Shown: positions 15,786-23,900 of the stretch, in pieces
Layout of the letters: each line of letters begins with the position of its first letter
Numbering within the stretch: position 1 is the first letter of the stretch
Source: a virus
Lineage: Duplodnaviria > Caudoviricetes
Direction: 5' to 3' (one strand)
DNA length: 26,899 nucleotides
Virus record (IMG/VR): IMGVR_UViG_3300039180_000843
Coordinates: 1 to 26,899 of that record
Notes under the pieces: model-generated
Told to the model about the DNA's origin: nothing
Databases searched by the model: none
The model's input: the letters and a program-made list of their open reading frames with translations, nothing else
Program-made: the position numbers and the translations under genes

Positions 15786-17900
15786 ATGGCAGAAGAAACT
15801 TCAAGACCTTCAGGGGCTAATAAATATTCAGTTTACGCACAAAGAAGTGTAGATAGTACACAGGTTAATTGGAATGAAATATCAGGACAATTAGTTAAAG
15901 GTTTAGATACCATACGTGCTGAAAGGCAAGCTAAAAAAGATGAAATTGAAAAAGCTACTCAAGAGTCTATTGAACAACTTAGTCAAGTTCCTGAAACTGG
16001 TACACAAGATGCAGCCTCTTTAGTAATAAATGGTTCAGCCATGTCTGTTGAGGCTGTGAGGACTCAAAACAATTTAATGAAGCGTGGTTTAATTAGTCCT
16101 AAAGATAATATGCTTTTTATGCAACAGCAGAAAACTGGATATAAAAGTCTAAGTGCAGCTGTAAAGAATTGGGATGATTGGGCTGTTGAAGCTCGTACAA
16201 GACTTGAAGACCCAAATATATCGTCAGGTAATTTAGAGACTTTTACTAATTTACAAACAGAAGCTTTAGGTAACTTAAGAAATAAAAAGTTATGGACTAA
16301 CCCTACTAACGGTAAGATGCAGTTAGTGACAATGGGTAAAAACTCAAAAACTGAACTATATGATGTAATGCCAGATTACGAAACTCGAAAGCAAGACTAC
16401 CAAGATCCAAATACCATGATGAATTTCATGAAGTATAAAAATGCTGGTGTCGATGTTAATGAAATGGCAAAAAAACAAACAGCTAATATTGCTGAAATTG
16501 TAACTGCTGAACGTGCAAGACTAACTGCTCTTGGTGGTGGTGGTGGTATTACTTCCATTGAAGATTTCAGACAATTAGGAGAATTTGGTAAGGATGAAGA
16601 TGGTAAAACAATTACTTACGACATGTGGAAAAAAGATCAAATTGATGCCATGATTGGTACTGCTTCAGATAAATCTAATTTAAGCGCAGCAGAGGTGTTA
16701 ACAAATAGCGGTGGTTATTTCTTTGCTCAAACAGAAAGTCAATTTAAAGAAAAGCATCCAGGAATAGATGTTTCAAGAATGATTAAAGTTGACATGAGTA
16801 CAGGTCAACCAGTTCCAACAATGAGCGATGCTCAAATGAAGCAAGCGCGTAAGCTTGCGGATGTTGCGGTTGAATCTCAAGTAAGTCACATTGTTAAATT
16901 GACTGAAGGAAAAGGCGCACAACAAAAACAACAAGATACACCAAATACAACAAGAGTAAAAGAAGAAGAAGATAGAAATAAAGCTTACTTTAAAGATATA
17001 GATAAAATAATTACTGCTCCTGCAAATGAAGGCGCAGCTGTTTCTCAGGATAGATTAACTGACATGAATCAACAGTTTTTAAATTCAACAAATGCAACTG
17101 ATCAAAATACTAAAATTAATAGTATTAATAGAGGTGCAAATGAAATTGTAATTGATAAAACTGTAAGAGGTGTTAATAAACCAGTTACAGTAGATAAATT
17201 CTTTAGAGACCCTAAAACAGATAAGCTGGACTTAAAGAGACCTTTAACAAGTAAAGAGATTGCTCGACAAATATATAGAGAATTAATTCCAAGAAGTGCA
17301 ACAGAAAAAATGTCATTTGATGATTTTTATGACTCAGCTATAAAAAGCGGAATGGACTTTACTCCAAAAATGATTAGAAGTAAAGATAATCCAGGACCAG
17401 ATGATAACCCAAATATGATTCCAAATAAAGCTTATGGAGCTGATGAAGATTTTGGTACAAAAACACAAATAGAAAAAATCAGTAGATATAGTTCAAATGA
17501 TTATACTGATTTAAACCAAACAAAATCAATGGCTCTTGAATTTGAAGCTATTCCAGGTAGTGAATCTAACAGCCAGGAAAAAGCTGCTCCCGTAGTTTTA
17601 AAAGCATTTAATCAAGGACTTAGAAACCTTGAAAAAGCTTATGGATCTACATTAGGTATAAAAGTAGATTCTAAAAATGAATCTGGTTATACTAATTCTA
17701 TTACAGTAAAATATAAAGATCCTGTTACTGGAAAAGTAGTTCCTCATACTTTTAAATATAATGATGACAACACTAAACTTCAAAGTGAAGTAGACGCAAA
17801 AATCAATGAAATTATTGATGCATATAATACAAGTAGAGAATCTGGTAAAAACACACCAGGAGGTTCAGGGGGTACAGAAGAAAAACCAGATATGGGTTAA
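15786..17900 (+). CDS. Internal virion/ejection protein (T7 gp15-like position)
   Basis: 704 aa, helical coiled-coil N-terminus, between the small and giant cargo genes; no recognisable catalytic motif. Confidence 0.55.
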   Translation: MAEETSRPSGANKYSVYAQRSVDSTQVNWNEISGQLVKGLDTIRAERQAKKDEIEKATQESIEQLSQVPETGTQDAASLVINGSAMSVEAVRTQNNLMKRGLISPKDNMLFMQQQKTGYKSLSAAVKNWDDWAVEARTRLEDPNISSGNLETFTNLQTEALGNLRNKKLWTNPTNGKMQLVTMGKNSKTELYDVMPDYETRKQDYQDPNTMMNFMKYKNAGVDVNEMAKKQTANIAEIVTAERARLTALGGGGGITSIEDFRQLGEFGKDEDGKTITYDMWKKDQIDAMIGTASDKSNLSAAEVLTNSGGYFFAQTESQFKEKHPGIDVSRMIKVDMSTGQPVPTMSDAQMKQARKLADVAVESQVSHIVKLTEGKGAQQKQQDTPNTTRVKEEEDRNKAYFKDIDKIITAPANEGAAVSQDRLTDMNQQFLNSTNATDQNTKINSINRGANEIVIDKTVRGVNKPVTVDKFFRDPKTDKLDLKRPLTSKEIARQIYRELIPRSATEKMSFDDFYDSAIKSGMDFTPKMIRSKDNPGPDDNPNMIPNKAYGADEDFGTKTQIEKISRYSSNDYTDLNQTKSMALEFEAIPGSESNSQEKAAPVVLKAFNQGLRNLEKAYGSTLGIKVDSKNESGYTNSITVKYKDPVTGKVVPHTFKYNDDNTKLQSEVDAKINEIIDAYNTSRESGKNTPGGSGGTEEKPDMG

Positions 17901-17916
17901 TATTAAATAAACAAAA

Positions 17917-20900
17917 ATGGCAGAGAATAACGAAGAGCTTTTAAAGAATATCTGGAATCAACTAACATCTGATAACCAAACTACCAGTGATTTTGAAACT
18001 TGGAAAACTAATTTTTCAGGTAGTGAAGAAATTCAAGGGAACATATATAATTATCTTAAAAAAAATAATTTTACAGAAAGCGATTTTGACACCTGGTCTA
18101 CAAATGTTGGCCTAAAAAAAAAAGAAAATTTGGAAGAAGAAATTTCTTCTGGGGTGGAGGAAGTTACGGAATCTGTACAGACAGATGGGTCTTCGGATTC
18201 TTCAGACACAAATCTCTTAGATAACCCTGTAGGTCAACCGCAAGAAATTGCTCAAGAAGTTATTACTCAAGAAGTAGATACAACAAGCTCTATAAACGGA
18301 GTTGAGGTTGAGAACAAAGTTTTTAATGAATTCTCTGACAATAGTGACACTGTTGAAAACCAAGCTAAAGATCCTTTCTCTTCCTCTATAAATGTTGTAA
18401 CTCAAGACTTAATCAGTGGTTCTGAAGAACAAGCAGTACCTTTATTAAAGTATCACTTTGAACAATATGGTTTTAATTTTGAGGAAGCATCAATAGGTGA
18501 CGTTATAGATGTTACTGCCGCCAATGGAGAAAAAACATCTATAGATTTAGATAATTATTTTAGCAGTAATGATGCGGAAGAAACTGCTGCATTAAAAAGT
18601 TTTTTAGAAAAAAATAAAACTGAAAGCAGGAGAATATATTCTTTAGAAAACAAATACACAGCATTAGAAAGAAAGATTTCTGAAGATAAAGATATAGATA
18701 CTTCAGTTGGTTTACTAAATACTCAAGCTAATGTATTTAACAAACAACTTCAAGGCTGGCTTCAAGATAAAAGAATAATAGACCAACAAGCCGCAAACTT
18801 TAGTGGCTTAACTCAACAAGAATTAGATCAACCAGGAGTAAGAGAAGCATACATTAATTTTCAAAATGCTAAATCTAAAAATGATTTTGAAAGAGCTGGA
18901 ATAATAGAGCGTGATAATGATTTAAAAACTCAAGGTTATATTTTAGATCAAACCATGGGTAGGTATTCTGAAATGCAAGCTAAAAGAGGTCAGACTACTG
19001 GGGCAATGATAGACGCTATTTGGACAGGAGTTGGTAGAAAAATTACTGGTGCTGCAAGTTTATTAACAGATGCTTATGTAAATTATGATGAATTTGGTGG
19101 TGCGGGTGTTGGAGCTTTTAATAGAATAGCCCAAGATGTTGCATTAAAAATGTACGGTACTAAAAAAGACCTTGAAGGCGCGCCTCCATCTCGAAAAGGC
19201 GGTGAAGCATATAAACTTTATCAAGAAGAATATAAAAAACAAAACCCTAATTCAACAGATAAAGAGCGTAAAGCTTATGCGGTTGAAATGATTGCAAAAG
19301 AAAGTGAAGAGTCTGAGCAAAACTATAAAAGCTATTTACTTAATTCGGGGCTAACTGAAGACCAAATCGAAAACGTTAAAGCTAAAGCAAAAGATGTTTT
19401 AGCAAAACAATCTAAATTTGATATCTATAATTTAAACGAAGAAGGTGGTTATGACTTAAAGAAAATTCCAGGTGGTGGAAGATACTCAAAAGAAGCCAGA
19501 GCAAAAAACATATCAGATTTAAGTGAAAACTCAATGATAGAGACACTTAGAACTGCGCCAGCAGAAATGCTTGGTTCTTCTTCAACCACTAAAGAATATA
19601 GTGATTTAATGAAAGAAGGTTTTTGGGGAGGTGCTTACTTAGGTTTAATGGAGTCTATACCTGCAATGATGGGTGGTCCTGGAGCAGCAGGATTTGCTCA
19701 AAGAACTGCTGGTATGTTTATGCAGGTTAGTGATCATGTAAACGAAGAAATGTTTAAAGATCCTGATTTTGCTAATATTTCAGAAAACGAAAAATTAACA
19801 GTTGCCCTTCCTTTAGGAATTGTAGTAGGTGTTTTAGAATCTGTAGGTTTTAGAAATGTTGTGAAGCAAAAAGGCTTAATGAATAAAGTTCTTTTAAAAG
19901 CTTTAGGAAAGTATAAAGGTTTAAGGCAAGTCCAAAAAAGAGGATTCCAAGATGTTGTTAGGCAAGAAGTTGACAATATGATTGCTCGTGGAGTTTTAAC
20001 TGTTGTAGCAGGTGGTGTTGCTGAATTTGAAACAGGTGTGGCTCAAGAAATAGCAGACATAGGAATTAAGTCTATTTACAATAGCGTAAAAGAATCAGAC
20101 ATGTTTCAAACTCCTGAGTCAATAGGAGATGGTATAAACCAAATTTTAAGAGCAGGGGCGCAAGAAGCAGTAGGAGGATTTATAATGGGTGTTCCTGGAG
20201 CTATGTCAAACGCAGCAGCTTCAAAAGACTTTACAAGGTTAGACGATGGTGTTTTTGAGGTTTTTGAAGATATGGTTGGAGATGGTACTTCTACTAAACT
20301 AATAGATATACAATTAAAAAATAAAGTAAACAGCGGAGAATTAACTGTTAAACAAGCTAAAGAACAGCAAGATATATTTAATGAACTTAAAGGTGTTTAT
20401 AATAAAATACCAAGTGACTATAGTACTAAGCAAAAAAAATTAGCTTTAGGGCTTTTGTTAAATAAGCAAGATTTAGAACAACGTATTGCTGGAAAAGATC
20501 CATCCTCTGTTAAATCAATTCAAGATAAAATAGATGGTATTAATGTAGCGCTTGAGAAGATTGGAAGAGATGCATTAGCAGCTACTGAAAATCCTAACAA
20601 GGGTAGAGTTGATGATGAAGAAAAAATAATAACAGAAGAAGATGCGATAACTTCATTAAAAGAACAAGGGATAGAGAATCCTACAGAAGAACAAATTAAA
20701 ACTGAACAAGATGCCTTACAAAAGCAAAGCACAGAGAGCGTGGATGCACAAGAATCTTCCACGAGTAGCGAAACGATGGGACAAAGCTTACCCAACAGCC
20801 AGTCTACCAACGAGAGTGAAACCGAAAGCAAAAGTAAAACTGAAAAGAAATCCCAAGAGGAAATAGATAAAGAAGAAGCTTCAGATTTTGAAGCATTAGT

Positions 20901-23900
20901 TGATCCTGACTCAAAAGTTGAATCGGATATTGATAATCTTCCAGGAAAAAAACAAACTGTATCTAATGATAAGGGTGTTGATATTGATCTTGAGGTAAAT
21001 GAAGAAGGTCCAAACCTATCTTTTACTAAAAAAGGAAAAGCAGAGCAAAAAAATGAATTTTCTAATCAAATTTTAAACCAAGCAAAAACTGCTGCAAAAG
21101 CAATATCAAAAATATTTCCTACAATAAAAATTGTAGTACATAGAGATAACGAACAATATCGTAAAATAGATCCTGATAATGACAGAGGTATGTATCAGCC
21201 AAAAGATAATACGATTCATATTAATTTATCTGAGGCTAACGGTAGAACAGTTGCTCATGAAATATTTCATGCAGTATTATTGAATAAGTTAAAAATGAAC
21301 GATAAGGTAGCACGTGTTGTTACTAAAAAAATGGTTCAAGCATTGTCACGTTCTAAAACTTTAGATAAAGCCACAAGAACTGAATTAAAAAAATTCTTAA
21401 AAAATTACGATTCTGAGATACAAAACGAAGAAAAATTATCTGAAATTGTAGGAATGGTTGCTGACAACTATACATCATTAGATGTTAGTTCTAAATCAGT
21501 TATAAGAAAATGGGTTGAAAAGATTGCTGCTGGTCTTGGTATTGAAATAGGTCAGTCGGAAGCAGACGTTGTAGACTTATTAAATGCCATTGCACGTAAA
21601 ACAGTTACTGGGCAAGAAATAACTGAGGGAGATCTTAAAGTAATAGATGATTTTGAAGGAGGTAAAAACGTTAAAAATCCAGCTGATGCTTTAGCAAGAA
21701 AATCAGTGGGTAATTTTGAGGTTAGTTACACTCAACAAGAAAGTATTGAACAACTAATAAAAGATGGTCGTGTTACACAGCCAGAAAATGTTTCGTTTTT
21801 AAATAACATGTATACAACTGTTACATCTCCTGATGACATGCTTGCAGGAGAAATAAAATATAATGGTGTAGTTATATTTGAAGGTGAAGGTGGGGTGTTT
21901 TTTGTAACTAAATTTGGTGACGTTTGGGCATCAGGTAAAAAAGGTACAGCAGAAACTATTGCAAATGCATTAAATAAGCAATTAAAACAAAATGGTGGTA
22001 AAGCATTTCTTACTCTTACAAAAGGGACTGATTCTAAGTTAGTTAGTAGTGCTTCTGGTGTAAACTCTACACTTGCAATACTAAATACCATGTTGGATAA
22101 AAAATTAATTAGTCCATCTTTATTTAGATCAGCTGTTTCTAATACAGTTAAAAAAGCTGATGGCGAAATTAACCTTAGACAGAGTGCTAAAGATTTAAAA
22201 ACAGATATTAAAAAATACTTTACTGACCCTTCAACAAGTACGTTTGAGAAAAGAGGTTTTATAGTAAAAGATATTGTTGGAGAAATAGCTAAAAATATTC
22301 CTAAAGAAAGTCAGGCAGCAATAGCTGAGTTTTTAGGTGGTGATAAATTAAGAAGTGTAGCAAAAGGAAACACTGTATTAAAAGGAGGTAAGCCAGGATC
22401 ACAATCTCTTGTGGATTTAATAGCTAAAGTTGCCGCAGAAAAACTAACTAAAGGTTTGAGCGTAGGCGATGTTTATGCTGTTATTGAAATTAATGGAGAA
22501 GTGGAAGTTAATAAAGATTCACACCCAAGTTATCCATTTCATATTGCGTTAAAAGATGGTACTCAACCTATTTTGCATTTACCTAAAAAAAGAGAAGCAG
22601 GAAGTAAAATATTAGTTCAGAAAGGTGCAGATGGAAAATACAATCTTGATTATGCAGTTCGTAACGTATCTGTAGTAGAAGGACAGTATGATACTGAAGC
22701 GGCAGCTACAGCGGTTGATGAAGGTGCAAAACGAAGATTAGATAAAAAATCTCCAAAGAAAAAAGAAACAGAAACTGAAACACCAGAAGTACGTAAGCAA
22801 AAATCTGATGCAGAAAAGTTAGGATTGCTTTTTAAAATGAACCTTAAAGGGTTTATGCCAAACACTATACCTTTAGGAGAACTACAACGATCTGCAAGAA
22901 GATTAGGTTTAAGAGTAGAGCGAGCATTATTTAAAGAAGGATATCAAAAAGGCCAAGTTGCTGGATATTATTTTTCTAATGGTGTTACACAAAATGGTAA
23001 GCCAAGATTTTACAATCCAAGAGCTGGTGTTAGAAAACAACAGTCAATGGGTGAAATTGGTAGATCAGAAACTGAAGCAATTAATATTATAAAATTAGGA
23101 AGAGAAAATAATATTACTGATAATACTATTGTTGACTACTTAAAACGTAACACGAGTCTTTTAATGAAGGATATTAAACCTTTAATGAAAGTAAGTAATT
23201 TTGTTTTAAAAAATGTGCCAGAAGTTTTTGGTAACATAAAAGGCGGTATGATGTCTGGTATAAAAGTATTTAATAAAGTTTATGAATTCAGAAAAAACTT
23301 ATTAGATAACAACTTAACAGCCACAGGTAAAGCAATATCAAAACTTAATGCCAAAATTGACGAAATAAAAGCGTCAAAATCTCAGTTAGAATTGTTTGAT
23401 ACTAAATCAATAGAGAAAAAGGATGCTGAAATTAAAAAATTAGAAAATCAAATTTCTAAAATACAAACTATAGCTAAAGATACAAATCGTAAGTTCTATA
23501 AATTTACTCAAGAAGAAATTGATAACGCAACATTAGATTTTTTACAGAGTCAACCAGAATATATAGCCGCTTCAAATAAAGGTGCGTATAGCACTTTACA
23601 GGCTCAAATGACTTCTCAGATGATGAATGCATTTGAAGGCGGTGTAATGCGTGGAGACGCTGCTGCAAGAATTAAATTAGCGCGTAAGTTAATTCAAAGA
23701 AAAGGTAAATCTGATTTACAGGCAACACAAAGAGATTTAAGGAACTTTATAAGAAAATCACTTCCAAGTTATATTTTTCAAAAGCCAGAGGTTGTGAAAT
23801 TCATGCGACAAATAACCGCAGCTAACCCTAAAAATATTGAAAACTTAAAAGAAGAAGTATTAGAGTATGTAAATGAAAAAACTAACACTGAACTTACTAA

